DNA of 64,000 nt from Octopus vulgaris (Eukaryota): positions 82,212,001 to 82,276,000 of the forward strand of contig OX597819.1 in NCBI GenBank assembly GCA_951406725.2. Reading direction: 5' to 3'. The notes beneath the pieces are model-generated. The model was not told where the DNA came from and ran no database searches. It was given only the letters and a program-made list of their open reading frames with translations. The position numbers and the translations under genes are program-made. Below are positions 50,474 to 63,562 of this stretch, one piece after another. Positions within the stretch are counted from its first letter, which is position 1. Each line of letters starts with the position of its first letter.

Positions 50474-51502
50474 TGTGTGTGTATATGCATGGTATGTGTG
50501 TATATGTTAGTACTTTGTTTGTGTGTATGTGCGGCATGTAGAGATATATTTGAGTGTGTACGCTATAGGTTTGTAATTTGTGTGTGTGGGGGGTGGTGAA
50601 TTTTTTATATATATATGTGTGTGTGTATGTGTGTGAAAAAATATATGTATGTGCATGTATGTATGTATGTATGTGTGTATATATATATATATATATGTGT
50701 ATATATATGTGTGTGTGTGTATGTGTGTGTGTGTATATTTATTTGCATGTTTATGTGTGTATAAACATGTACATTATTTGCATGCGCATTGTATATATGT
50801 ATATTGTATGTATGTGTATTGTATATGTACGTGTACAATTAAGTGTATATATTTGTGTGTATGTGTGCACTGTATATATGTATATTGTAGGTGTGCTATA
50901 TGTGCATGAATACATGTATATGCATTGCGTGTATATATATGTATGCATTGTGTGTGTATGTATGTTATGTGTGTGTGTGTGTATATATATATTATATGTA
51001 TGCGTACGTGTATGTGTATGCATTGTATGTATGTGTGTTGTGTGTATATGTGGTACATCTATGTATGTGTATGTAAACACTATTTATATGTATATGTGTA
51101 TATATGTATATGCATTGTCTATATATATATATATTGTATGTATGTATTGCGTATGTATATTGCATGCATATATTGTGTATGTATATTACTTACATGCTGT
51201 ATGTGTGTATTGTATGTGTGTATATATATATGCTAGGTGTATTTGTGTGATATTTATATTATGTATGTATGTGTGCGTGTGTTGTGTGTGTGTGTGTGTA
51301 TGTGTGTTATATATCTGTTATAGATACATGTTATATTTGTGTGCTGTGTATATATGTGATATATGTGGGTGCGTTGTGTGTGGGTGTGTGTGTTCTGTGT
51401 GTGTGTGTGTTGTCTGTATGTGGTTTGTGTTTGTATACTATGTGTGTGTGTGTGTGTGTGTTGTTGTGTGTGTGTGTGTTTGTGTGTATATATATGTGTG
51501 TG
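50215..51502. repeat. Long degenerate (GT/AT)-type compound microsatellite
   Basis: About 1.3 kb of imperfect TG/TA/TATG units; source of many spurious V/C/Y/M and H/T/I ORFs. Confidence 0.9.
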
Positions 51503-51858
51503 ACAAACAGACGCTGTCTGACCAGCAGGCACGGACACATCTATTCACACCCGCATACTAACCTCCTGATAACCCCAAAATCATTCATGCATAAAGGGGA
51601 AGTATACACCACATTGGCTACTTCTGTTCTCTCAGTTCAGCCTTTCTGCTAATACTAACAGGTCAGTAAAAACATACTTAAAATATTCTGAGATGGACAA
51701 AAAATCCATTTTAATTTTTGCTGTCAAAACGCTGTATATATATACCAAAGATTGTATATATATACATGTAATGTGACAATTTGCGACAACCAATAATTAA
51801 CGCAACCAATTCCCAATAATATATTTGTTTTATCCTTTTCTGCCAAATTTTCCCAAAT

Positions 51859-52088
51859 AATGTGACAATTATGTATAAAAAAACATTTTTGAATTCATAA
51901 TATCCAATGTGACAATTATGTAAAAAACTTTTTTGAATGCATAATATTCAATGTGACAATTATGTAAAAAACTTTTTTTGAACCCATAATATCCAATGTG
52001 ACAATTATGTAAAAAACTTTTTTGAATGCATAATATTCAATGTGACAATTATGTAAAAAACTTTTTTTGAACCCATATTATTCAATGT
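51859..52088. repeat. Minisatellite, ~43-44-bp unit, about 5 copies
   Basis: AATGTGACAATTATGTAAAAAACTTTTTTGAA(TG/CC)CATAATAT(T/C)C repeated, with alternating variants forming an ~87-bp dimer. Confidence 0.9.
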
Positions 52089-52219
52089 TTCCTTAAATGT
52101 AACTTTTGACAATCTTTTACCAAAGAGTGAAACCGGTTAAGTAAATAAACATCGTTTAAATTGCATTTTCAAACCTTTTTTCTTATATAATCCCACTCGT
52201 GCGATACCCCACAACTCAA

Positions 52220-52312
<93 letters not shown>

Positions 52313-52407
52313 CGGTAGATAAGTAGCTAAATATCTTCATAAACACAGACATAGATTAGTATAGTTTCATGAAGCATTGTCTGATATATATATGTATATA
52401 TATATAT

Positions 52408-52656
52408 AACGGGAAGCTTTATGAAAATAGACAAAAGACGAAGGCAGGTTTACGGAAATAAACAAAAGACGAAGGCAGGTGGAATACAAACAAACAATTG
52501 TATTAGTATGGCGCTCAGGAAATATAAATAAAACAAGTCTTTAACGTTTCGAGCCTACGCTCTTCAACAGAAAGATACACAGAGAAAAAAAAACACAGAA
52601 AGAAGGAGAGAAAAAACAAAATGCGTGCAGAGACTAGCGAATCAACATGGCGATCC
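52408..52656 (-). mobile_element. Penelope-like pseudo-LTR fragment between (TA)n arrays, with a hammerhead-like motif at 52538-52575
   Basis: Minus strand ucuuu-CUGUUGA-a-gagc(guag)gcuc-GAAACGUU-aaaga; direct repeat ACAAAAGACGAAGGCAGGT twice; both flanks TA microsatellite. Confidence 0.55.
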
Positions 52657-53129
52657 TATATATATATATAGGCGATATATATATATATATATATATATAT
52701 AAATGTTTTTAATTATTTCATGAAGCCAAATCAGTGCAAGCTGTAAGAAATAATACAAGTCTATAGTTTGTAATTTTACCTTCAATTTCAACATTGCGGT
52801 GTTAGGACCTATTCTTAAGAAACAACCCTGAAATATTGAAATACAAGCCATTGACTTGTATTATTTGTTACAAATTGCATTGTTCTGGCTTCATAGAAAA
52901 TATTAAAAACATTTAGATGTATAAGTGTATGTACACACAAACACGTTTGTGTGGGGGAGGGAGTGAGTCTGTGTGTGTATAAGACGAGAACTACGTTAAC
53001 GGTACACGTGTCTGTGGAGTGCTCAGACATTTGCACGTTAATTTCGAAATGACTTTAATGACGAAATATTTTGTTGTCTTAATTATATAGGTGCAGGACT
53101 AGTTGTGTGTAGGCGCAGGAGTGGTTGTG

Positions 53130-53400
53130 CGGGTTCAAGTATCTAACCAGAGGCGGTAAATTCGCCACAATAGAAGCAAGGTTCGAGTCAACGGAGCGTG
53201 CAAGGGAGTACTCCACTCAAACCTTGCAAAGTGGAAATATTTTATTTTTACCTTTATATCTGGGACGTAGGACGTCACAGATAAAAATTAAAAATGTTCC
53301 CCCAGAAGTAGAGGTAGGCTGGATTGTAGCCACACTTCTATACAAGAGGGAGGATAAGATACAATTGATCGAAATTGCAAGAGACGGGCCTACAATTCCA
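53130..53400 (+). mobile_element. Probable LINE ORF1 (RRM-like) coding fragment
   Basis: Open, non-low-complexity frame KYLTRGGKFATIEARFESTERAREYSTQTLQSGNILFLPLYLGRRTSQIKIKNVPPEVEVGWIVATL; the I.I.NVPPEV pattern resembles non-LTR ORF1 RRM starts. No clear splice flanks; sits between SINE A pieces. Confidence 0.45.
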
Positions 53401-53516
53401 GTCTGTTATATATTTTGAGTATTGTTATCACTAGCGATATCAAGATATAACTTTGTATTTTGTATTTTATGCGTAGATGTATATATATATAGATAGATGT
53501 ACACATATATACATGC

Positions 53517-53557
53517 ACTAGCACTATGACCCGGCAACGCCGGGTCATAATGCTAGT
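53517..53557. mobile_element. 41-bp palindromic Helitron-like 3' end
   Basis: ACTAGCACTATGACCCGGC-AAC-GCCGGGTCATAATGCTAGT: 19-bp arms with one mismatch, GC-rich hairpin, CTAG|T on both strands. Confidence 0.7.
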
Positions 53558-53564
53558 ATATATA

Positions 53565-53595
<31 letters not shown>

Positions 53596-53599
53596 GTGT

Positions 53600-53810
53600 A
53601 TATGTTTGTGTGTCTGTGTTTGTCCCCCCAACATCACTTGACAACCGATGCTGGTGTGTTTACGTCCCTGTACCTTAGCAGTTCGGCAAAAGTGACTGAT
53701 AGAATAAGTACTTGTCTCACAAAAAATAAGTCCTTGGGTCGATTTACTTGACTAAAGGCATTGATCCACATGGCCACAGTCAAATGACTGAATCAAGTAA
53801 AAGAGTAAAC
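53600..53810 (+). mobile_element. SINE family A, 3' half (head fragments at 53088-53130)
   Basis: CACTTGACAACCGATGCTGGTGTGTTTACGTCCC...CATGGCCACAGTCAAATGACTGAATCAAGTAAAAGAGTAAA. Confidence 0.85.
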
Positions 53811-55249
53811 AGATAAATGAATAGAAAGATAAAAATAAAAAGTATATATAAAAATAATAAATAGAAAGTAAATAAATAAATAAATTTAATATAAGAAGCT
53901 AAATTCTATAGATGATTCTTACTGGATTAGTGAGAGATACATATGTTATGTTTTAGGACGAATAGAAATTTGAAAAAAAGCCGTTGTGATGCTTGATCAG
54001 TTGGTGCTTACTTATCAACCTTTATTGATTAGGATATGTAGGTCCATATTTGAATACAGTTGATGAGAATAGGAAAAAATAGGAAAAACGTCAAGTATAT
54101 AGTGGCTCTTATGTATTTTAATTGAGCACATATGTGCAGAAGATAAATAAAATGAATATATAGATAAACATGCATATGAATACATGTATATCTGTGCACA
54201 TAGATGCATGTGTACAGATAAACATAAACACATACATGCACATATATAAAAGAATTATATTAAAAAGAAATTCTATGAAAGAATTTTTTTATATTCAGTT
54301 GTATGCATATAGGGGCAGGGTTATAGGGAAAAAACAAAAAAGTGGGGGAGTTCTTATAGGTATTTAACCTATTGGTAGATTATTAAGCTAAGTGAAATAG
54401 TTGGTGCTTAAAAACCATATTAGATTAAATATTAGTAATACTAGGCAGAAGGAAGGCCTATGGACGACAGATTAACTAAAAATATATGCTTATATATGTA
54501 GATAGACACATACATACATATATACATACACATATACATGTGTGTGTATGCACACACACACATATACACATAGATGCATGTACACATATTGATAAGTAAA
54601 TAGATACATAGATGATTGATGAGAACTGCTGCGTAACACATGCATTCACACATACACATATTCCCTTCTCTATGTGTATGTGTAGCAAGCATAGCAAGAC
54701 TTCTATATACACATATATTGCTCCATACATTTATACATGTACACTTGCATAAATTTCACACAGATTCACATATTCAGTTTTTAATTGATTATTTGTTATC
54801 ATTAGGATCATCGTAAATAACATTCTCTGTAGGATAAATGGATTATATTTTCAAGGAAGCTATCTCTGCCAATCATCAATGTTTTAATGCAAGCCTTTTG
54901 ACAGGAAGAATATCCGACAGTTCATAAATGGTATTGATTATTTTGTTAATCATTTACTTTGTTCAAAAGATTATTATATGCTAATTTTTATTTGTTTACA
55001 GTTTATCTATATACACAAATTTATGAACCTATAAGATGCCATAATATATTTACCTCTACTGATTGCTCTTAGAGTACTTTTAAACTAATCTGCTAAAAGT
55101 ACAGTGGAAGTAGAGTACTTTTCGCAGGTTAGTTTTAACCTCTATAATCTCTAAATTACTAATATGAAGACTAAAACTATTTATTAGTCCCTTTAAGCTT
55201 ATCTAAGGGTAAGCCATCAGTCTGATATAAAGAAAATGAGTTATACTTT

Positions 55250-55650
55250 CAAGAAGCTTGCTTTCCAACCATGTGGTCTGCTTGGGACTTCAGGTAGATG
55301 TTTTCCACCATAGCTCCAGAGAAATCAAAGCCTTATGAGAGGATTTGGTAAACAAAAACTGAAAGATACTCCTTGTATATATCTCACACACACATGCACA
55401 CATGTATATGTATGTGTGTATTTGTGTGTACCCTTGACATCACCTGATGGTTGTAAACAAGCATTACCATTAAAAAAGTGCTGATCATTTTCAGTATTCC
55501 AAGGAAAACATATCTAACCATGGGTAATATTACCATGCTGAAAAATAGGTGGGAGTTGGCAACTGGAAGGACATCTGTCTATAGAAAATCTTCCTCAACA
55601 AATTCCATCTGATTCATGCAAGCATGGAAATATGAATGTTAACTGATGCT
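55250..55650 (+). mobile_element. SINE family A variant with alternative 3' half (degenerate)
   Basis: Family A head (AAGAAGCTTGCTTTCCAACCATGTGG...GGATTTGGTAAAC) followed by CCTTGACATCAC...GTTGGCAACTGGAAGGACATC...CATGCAAGCATGGAAA tail; same structure as 58021-58500. Confidence 0.65.
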
Positions 55651-56184
55651 GACCACACACACACTAACAACTCACTGACTCACACATATAAGTTCATATA
55701 TATGTATATATATTTGTATCCTTCATTTTGGGGATCCTCCAGTTTTAATGATGTCAGAGAAATGCTATTATGATATATTTGTATGTCTTGGTCATTTTAA
55801 ATGTTTAGCAGAACCCCATCCACCCTGGTCCAGGTCTGAAAACAGATAATTTATTCCATAGGAAAAGAGTGGAAGTGAGAAAGAAGAATGAAACTTTGTA
55901 CAATGCTAGTAAAATAGATATTGACTCGGAAAGATTAAAAAGCTAAATTGACCTTGGCAGGATTTGCACTCAGAGCATTCAGGGCCCAAAGAAAATGCAG
56001 CAAAGCATTCTGACATACTAACAAATCTGCCTGTTCAACACTCTATATATCACCATCGTCATTTAATATCCATGTTCCATGTTGACATAGATTAGATAGT
56101 TTAATAGGGTCTGTGCTCTAGTGTCTGCTTTGGCATGGTCTCTAGTGTTGGATGCCTTTTCTAATGCCAACCACTTTAAAGAAC

Positions 56185-56516
56185 CCCTTTGGTCATGAAT
56201 GAGCATGGAATTGCACCTAGAAAGTTACCCTCCAAGGCACTAGTCCAGGAAAAGTTGCTTATGGAAGACCAGCAGTCGTCCATGCATGCCAGCCTCTCTT
56301 CTTCATGCCACCAATGTTATCTAAGGAAAAGGCAAAGGCTGATACAGCTTGGCATCCGTAACATTGCAACTCATTTCAACAGCTGAGTGAACTGGAGCAA
56401 TCTGAAATAAAGTGTCTTGTTTGAGAACACAACACACAGCCTGGTCTGGAAATCGAACTCACTACCCCATGATTGTGAGCCTGATGCTCTAACCATTGAC
56501 TCATGCACCTTCACAC
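56185..56516 (-). mobile_element. SINE family D, CpG-decayed copy
   Basis: Colinear with 26685-27012 (TTGCACCTAGAAAGTTACCCTCC...GAAATAAAGTGTCTTG...AATCGAACTCAC...CCTTCACAC). Confidence 0.85.
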
Positions 56517-57674
56517 TTTACAGGGGTTTTTTTTTCTTCGAGGATTACCAAAACTTATGTGGCCATCATGCAGCTTGCAAGACTACAAGCCTCAAGGGAA
56601 CAACTTTGTGCTAGGAGATGAGAAGCAAAAAATGGATAAAAGTATGAGATAGAGTGGACCATAGCAGAACAGGTTTCTTGTTGCAGAGCAGCTACATAAC
56701 TACTCTCGTTTTAGAAGAAGTGAGAGAGATTGAGAGAAGTCAGAGAGTGGTGAATGAGAGAGTAGAAGATGACTAAGCGTCATATGTAAATTATCCCAAT
56801 GACAGTAATTATACAATAACTGTTAGCTATTGTAATTGCTTGCATGTAATAATACTGTTCAAACATGAAGAAACATTTGAGTTCACCCATGGTTATTAGC
56901 ATTAAGCATTATAGAGTTAACTTTTAATGTAATTATCATGTCTCTTCCTCTATTCATTTGCTTGTTTAATGTCTGTTTTTCATTCTTTGGGGATGTATTT
57001 TGAAGGAAGATTTTATGGCCTGAAGTACCTCTTTTTTCCAACCCTTATTTGTTTCCAGTAAAAGGTTTTGGTTTTTCTTTTTTTTTTTATTCTAAAGGCC
57101 TTTGAAATCACAATCTCAACAAAGAATGTAAATCTCATTCACCATTACATTTTAGCAAAGCCATGAGATATCAATATTCATGTACATTTGTATGCGCATG
57201 CATATATGAAAGGCTTCTTGCAGTTTCCTTCTATCAAATTTATCCTCAAGGCATAGGAGATACTTGCTTAAAGTGATGTACATTGGGACTGAATCAAATC
57301 AATGTAGTTGTAAAGTAAACTTTGTAATCATAGAGCCATTCCTTTAACTGTATATCATGGATCATTCAGTATTTACTCAGATCTTAACATTCGGTATTTA
57401 CTTAGTCAACAAATTTCTCTATCTTTCTAAGCACTACATACTTTTAGTATTAGTATGACCATCAATCTTGGGACCATTTCACTCTATGTATTTATATCTT
57501 CTAACACCCCTAATAGATGACATCCACAGTGGTAACTTGTGCCCATGTGCTTCTAACAGTGTGGGAAAAAAATAAACATGATGATGATGGAAGTGTTGAG
57601 TTTTCAGCTCAGTTAAGCTTTTCAAAAAATATAGGTCAACACAATATTTTTTTCTCACAGACACATAAGCACTA

Positions 57675-57710
<36 letters not shown>

Positions 57711-58020
57711 ACACACATACATACATACATATGCACGCTCATACACATGCACACTCATACATGTATTATTTAGTTACATGGTAATATTCAGTTTTTTCTT
57801 TCTTCTCTCTCAAAGCAGTTAATCTGTTTATAAAGCATGACTTAGTTGAGTCAGAGAACAGGCTTCTAAACTGTTGACTCGCAGTTTTATCAATATTGTA
57901 TCTATGTCTATCTCAAGCAAATTCCAGTGAGAAATGGAGCTACAGGTTGTGAGAATATGTTTGTAATATACAGTGAACGATCCTAACTATATTATTCAAT
58001 GGATTAGCTGTTTTAACCAA

Positions 58021-58500
58021 GGTCCAGGTATGGCTGTATGGTTAAGAAGTTTACTTCTCAATGTCGTGGTTTCAGATTCACTCCTACTGCATAGCTTCTT
58101 AGGCAAGTGTCTTCTACTGTGGCCCCAGGTTAACCTAAAGCCTTTTAAATGGATTTGGTAAACAGAAATTTAAAGAAGCCATCGTATATGTGCATGTGTG
58201 TGTGTGTGTTTGTGGTGGGGATTGTGTTAGTGTTTCCTGTCTCTTTGGCTTGACATTGTTTAATAGATGCAAAAACAAAGCAGCACTATCATACAAGTGG
58301 TGTCCTTTGTTTCCAATCTTTTATGAAAACATGTTCAGCCATGGAGAAATATTACTTTGCTTGGAAATAGTCAAGGGTTGGCAACAAGAAGTGCCTCCAA
58401 CCATAGGAAATCCGCCTCAATGAATTCCCACTGACCCATGCAGACATTGAAAACTGGATGTTAGACTATCTATGATGATGATGATGATGATGATGATGAT
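58021..58500 (+). mobile_element. SINE family A variant with alternative 3' half, ending in (GAT)n
   Basis: Head GGTATGGCTGTATGGTTAAGAAG...TTAGGCAAGTGTCTTCTACT...GGATTTGGTAAAC; tail AGGGTTGGCAACAAGAAG...GACCCATGCA...(GAT)n. Confidence 0.7.
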
Positions 58501-59464
58501 AGCCATTCTTGTTTTGATAGTAAAACTTCTCTCCTTTAAAAATAATCTCGTTCCTTTCGAAATAAATGATAGCATATGACTCTAAGTACCATTGCTTAAA
58601 TACTAATCAAAATGGCAAAGTATAATATATAATAATTCAATGCAAGACAATGACTTCATTGTATTCCCAGGCCAGACTGGAGCATAGTTTATTCAAACAG
58701 CTACTTCCATGTCATAAATTTACTTGCGTTACAGATTTTTAACAACAATCAAGTATATTTATTGTGCCAACAACTTGTGCAATGACATTATTAATAGCCA
58801 CTTTCCAAAAAAGAGTTACATTTAGCATAACCTGAGTTGTCATATTTCTTATTTATCAAAGGAAGTGCAAGAGATACTGACTGAAAATTAAGAAGTTAGG
58901 AGAATATTGCAGCAGAATAGTGAACTGAAAAGAACTGATATATCAATAAATATGGATGGTAAAATACAAGAGGAACTAGAGATTGTGATAATAAATGAAA
59001 GGAGAGTATATGTAGAGATTAATTGTAACTTAGATGTTTAATGTTATATGATCAATAAAAAGTTATTTAGATTTAAATAAGGAATATATAAAAGCAGCAT
59101 TCATCTAAATACAGAAATGCACAACTTTAGAAAGTAATATTTTGATGAGAAAATGGTCTAAGTAAAAGGAAGCAAGATAAAGTGAAAGACCTTTCATCTT
59201 CACTTTCTCTTCGTCTCAGTGTATTCAAAATGTTGCCATGAAGTTAGCATATATAAAAAATGCCTGCAGGGAAAATAAAGGTAAAAAGGGGTCAAAGATA
59301 CAACCATCAAATTGAAAATTCTGTAATCTTGGAGTTACTGAATGAGAATGATGTAGTAACTAATGTGGGTCAGAAAGGTAATCTTCACCTCTTGCTTTCA
59401 TTGACTGTTTGTATTGTATTACTCAGCTGTAAGTTTCCATTAGAGTAGAATACTTTAGTTATAG

Positions 59465-59838
59465 TTCTTTTATCTTTTACTTGCTTCAGTCATTGGACTG
59501 CAGCCATGCAGGGGCACTGCCTTGAAGGTTTTAGCTGAACAAATCGACATTAGTACTCGTTTATAAGTCTGGTACTTATTCTATTGTTCTCTTTGGCTGA
59601 ACTGCTAAGTTACAGGAACATTAAAAAAATGCAGCACCAGTTGTCAAGCAGTAGTGGGGTTTCAAACACAAGCTCAAAGACATACACACTATACATAGAT
59701 ATATATAAATATACATACATATACACTTACAAAGTATTGGTCTGCCCAGGGCTATAGTACAAGATATTTGTCCAAGATGCCAGGCAGTGGGACTGAACCT
59801 ATAACCACGTGGTTACAGTGCAAGCCTCTTAACCAAAC
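59465..59838 (-). mobile_element. SINE family A, degenerate
   Basis: CTTTTACTTGCTTCAGTCATTGGACTGCAGCCATGC...CAGTGGGACTGAACC...AACCACGTGGTT. Confidence 0.8.
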
Positions 59839-62800
59839 TATTTTACTTAAAAAGCTTTGCTATTGCTTGTGTAATATGAACATCAACATCACCCTCATCA
59901 TTAACATTCATTTTCAGTGCTGGCATTGGCTGGGCTGAGAGCATTTAATATATCACTTAGGAGGTGAATGTAAAAATGAATTTGTCTAGTAACTCAATAC
60001 CAACGTTTTTGGATATTTATTGTAATCATTTACCAATCCTAAATTTATATATTTTAAACGAGAAACTGCTGCATTTAATTCTGTATTTCACTGTCTCCTG
60101 CTCCATAAAGAAAAATACCTCCTTAACATTGTATGCAGTAGCAGAAGGAATAGCTGCATAGTTAGAATGGCTGCTTTGCCATTATATAATTTCAGGTTCA
60201 GTCCATCTTTATAGCACCTTGGGCTAGTGCCTTATACTACAGTCTCAAGTCAGCCAAAGCCTAGAATGACCGTTCCTGCTTTGCTTTTTGATGATAGACT
60301 TAATTTTTTGCCCTGTTTTATATCACCGCCTGACTCTAGTGGATGTTTTGCTGAATCTGCCTTAGTACAAATATTCACACCAGGTCTCCACTCTGTGGAT
60401 AACTTCCTCTCTTCCTCTTGTTAAGTCATGGAGGCCTTTCAAATATCATAGGAACAGCCAATCCTCCTCTGGCTAAGTCATTAAATATTGAAATAACACA
60501 ATAAAAATATGACCTGGTAACCAGTAACATATTGAAGTCAATTTAGTTATGCATCTGTAGGACATTTTCTTATTTCTATTAATCACACCATTTAACATAA
60601 TTCATCATAAATATATTTTCTTTATCCATTACAGCCAATAACTTCTCTATTTCCTTTCTTCTATTTCTCTTTTAATCTTTAATGTCTATTTATTCATTCC
60701 TTTATTTATGAAAACATTTTAATTATCAGTGTAGCCCATCCCAAAGAATTATAATTTTTCACTTCATAATTACAATAGTTAATTACAGAGATAAATATTT
60801 ACATTGCACTAGAAGCTTATAAAAATTCCATTTCCTTTGTAACAAAATAAGTGTATTATAATGAGAAATAAGTAATTATTTGAGCTAATACCATGTATAA
60901 ATACAAATACGTTACATTTTGATGTGTATGCTTTGAAATTGTATTTGCAGTCATTTCTTTGAAACTGAATAACATATCATATGCAGTAACTTAATGTATT
61001 TATTTAAACAAGAATATGCTGTTCTTTTCATACTTTTAATAATCCTTATTCACCCAAACTGGTCAGAACAGGAAAAATTCTACTGACAGATGTATTCAAT
61101 CAAATTTAGATAAAGCTTTTGTTTGAGTATGATTTTTAATCAAGTTAACCTAAATCTCTTATCTTGGGAGAAGAGAAAAGAGGATTATTTTCTATTTTTG
61201 TTTAGAATTACATATAATATTTCATTAATGTCTTGATTGTAAAGAAATGACAAGTGACCTTTAATCTTTACAAAGATAAAACTGACTTTAGACAGGAATC
61301 AGATCATATTAGTTAAGTGGTTTGAATTAGTAAAGAACTTCAGTTACATTTTCAATTCTATATACATCAATATTGTGCCATACAGTATAAACAGAAGTAT
61401 AAAATATTAATGATGTTTAAGTATCGATGTTCTGTTGTTGATAGTCTGTTTTTATTCACTTTATGCAGTTATTGGTCTCTGACAAAACATATTGAATATA
61501 CAAATATTTTATCAGTTGCTTGATGGAGTTCTTACACTTAAAAACACCACCCTTACACACACACACACACACACCATCAAAGGAGCATCATTAAGCAATC
61601 CACACCATATGTTAATAGGTTGAGGAGGTGCAGGCTTTGTATAGCTGAAAGGACTCATATCTTCAAATCTAAGAACTTCTTTGATCTATTTCATTCAAGA
61701 TCACAGATTTTCATAAAATGCAAATATCTTAACAGGTTTCAACTATTGCACTGGAGAATACAACCCTCTCCATGTTAGGCATATAGTCATACAAGCTTTA
61801 ACATTTCCATATCAAATTAACCCCATGAACCATGGTTAATTCCCCTTCTAATGGGCCAGTGGGTCACAACTCTTATCTCCCTTTCCTCCAAGCTTTCTTT
61901 GTCATCTTTCTTTCTTTCTTCCCCATTCTTTGCCGCATTTTCTCAGAGTAGCCATGCTTATTTTGAGCTAGAAGGATTGCAGGATAGGTCACAGCATACC
62001 ATACAAGCTCATCTACCTTCTATATTATATAGAAACATGAAATTTATAGTAGCTCATGTTTAAATCCTGTATATATATATATATATACATATATACACAT
62101 TTTGTGTATGTGTGTGTATACACACATGCATACATACAGACATATAAATGGATGAATGTAAAAGAAGTTTATTAGTTTGGATAAGTTGGCATTAAGTGGT
62201 CACTGAAGAATTTAAACATTTAAATGTTTACTTTAGTTCTTATAAACTAATATAATAACTGAAGTGATACAGCTTTGTTTTAGTAATAGGCAATTAATAT
62301 TTAATAGACAGATGCAATATGTAGCTGTTTTGTGGAAATCTAGGCAGATAGAGAACAAAGGAAAGCCAGGTCATGGGGCTAAGAGGAAAGCATGTTAACA
62401 ATAAAATGAAACAAATATCTTATCTGACAGATCAATCTGGTTGGCCCTAATAAGCGCTGATCAAGCAAATGTATAACCAATAGCATTCTAGCTTTGACTT
62501 TCCCATCTTTTTCAACTTTAGTGCATCCAGACTTACATTCAGAAGTACATTATCCAATGTGTCCTAAAATCTCTGTTTACAAATAATTTCAGTAACAGAC
62601 TTCATTGATGAAAGTTTTTCTTTTTCTATTTGTTTTCACAGTATTTTTATATTGTTAGATACTTCTGCAAATTCAGATAATTTCAGGAATTATTAAGTGA
62701 GCTTTTGGCAGCAAGATAACATATGATGCATCTGAATGCCTTTGATTCCAAAGTAAGAATAGAATATATTTTAAATATCATTATTTTCATAAATTATATT

Positions 62801-63151
62801 CCTTTACATGGATAATGATAGTAAGCAATCTAATCATTTCTGTCCCAAGTATTTCATTCATTTACAATTTGCTTGATCTTGAGTAAGAACATGTAAAAAA
62901 ATTAGTGCTTAAAACTTTGCAGCATATTGGGAGAGATGCTTCTCACTTTATATTAATTATCTGTGCATTGGGCAGTTGACTGTACATTGATTGATTAAAC
63001 TGGAGTGTGAATATTGAAGCAGTGTCTGGGAATTGAAGGTAATCATTTTTGATTTGAACCAAAGGTATTACAAATCATTGTAATGTAATAATTATCTACA
63101 CTGCAAACTTATTTTCTGACCATAACCCGTTATGAAAAAATACTGAAAATA

Positions 63152-63562
63152 TCTCTTTTACTCTTTTACATGTTTCAGTCATTTTGACTGTGGCCATGCT
63201 GGAGCACTGCCTTTAGTCGAGCAAATCGACCCCAGGATTTATTCTTTGTAAGCCTAGTACTTATTCTATTGGTCTCTTTTGCCGAACCGCTAAGTTACCG
63301 GGACATAAACACCAGCATTGGTTGTCAAGTATTGTTGGTGGGGACAAACACAGACACACAATCATTTACACACACACATACATATTTATACATATATACA
63401 ACAAGCTTCTTTCAGTTTCCATCTGCTAAATCTACTCACAAGTCTTTGGTCGGCCCGAGGCTATAGTAGAAACATTTGCCCAAGGTGCCATGCAGTCGGA
63501 CTGAACCCGCAACCATGTGGTTCATAAGCAAGCTACTTACCACACAGCCACTCCTACACCTA
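63152..63562 (-). mobile_element. SINE family A, full length
   Basis: Reverse complement of 37751-38180 over its whole length, with several CpG transitions. Confidence 0.9.

Noticed and set aside
50578-51561. 327-aa ORF, the longest in the track
   Set aside because: Translation of a degenerate (GT/AT) microsatellite (C/V/Y/M/I only); no domain content.
51859-52088. 43-bp tandem array as CRISPR
   Set aside because: Head-to-tail units with no unique spacers; ordinary minisatellite.
60227-60430. Candidate second agrin exon
   Set aside because: No Kazal/follistatin cysteine pattern and no convincing splice flanks; partly SINE-derived.
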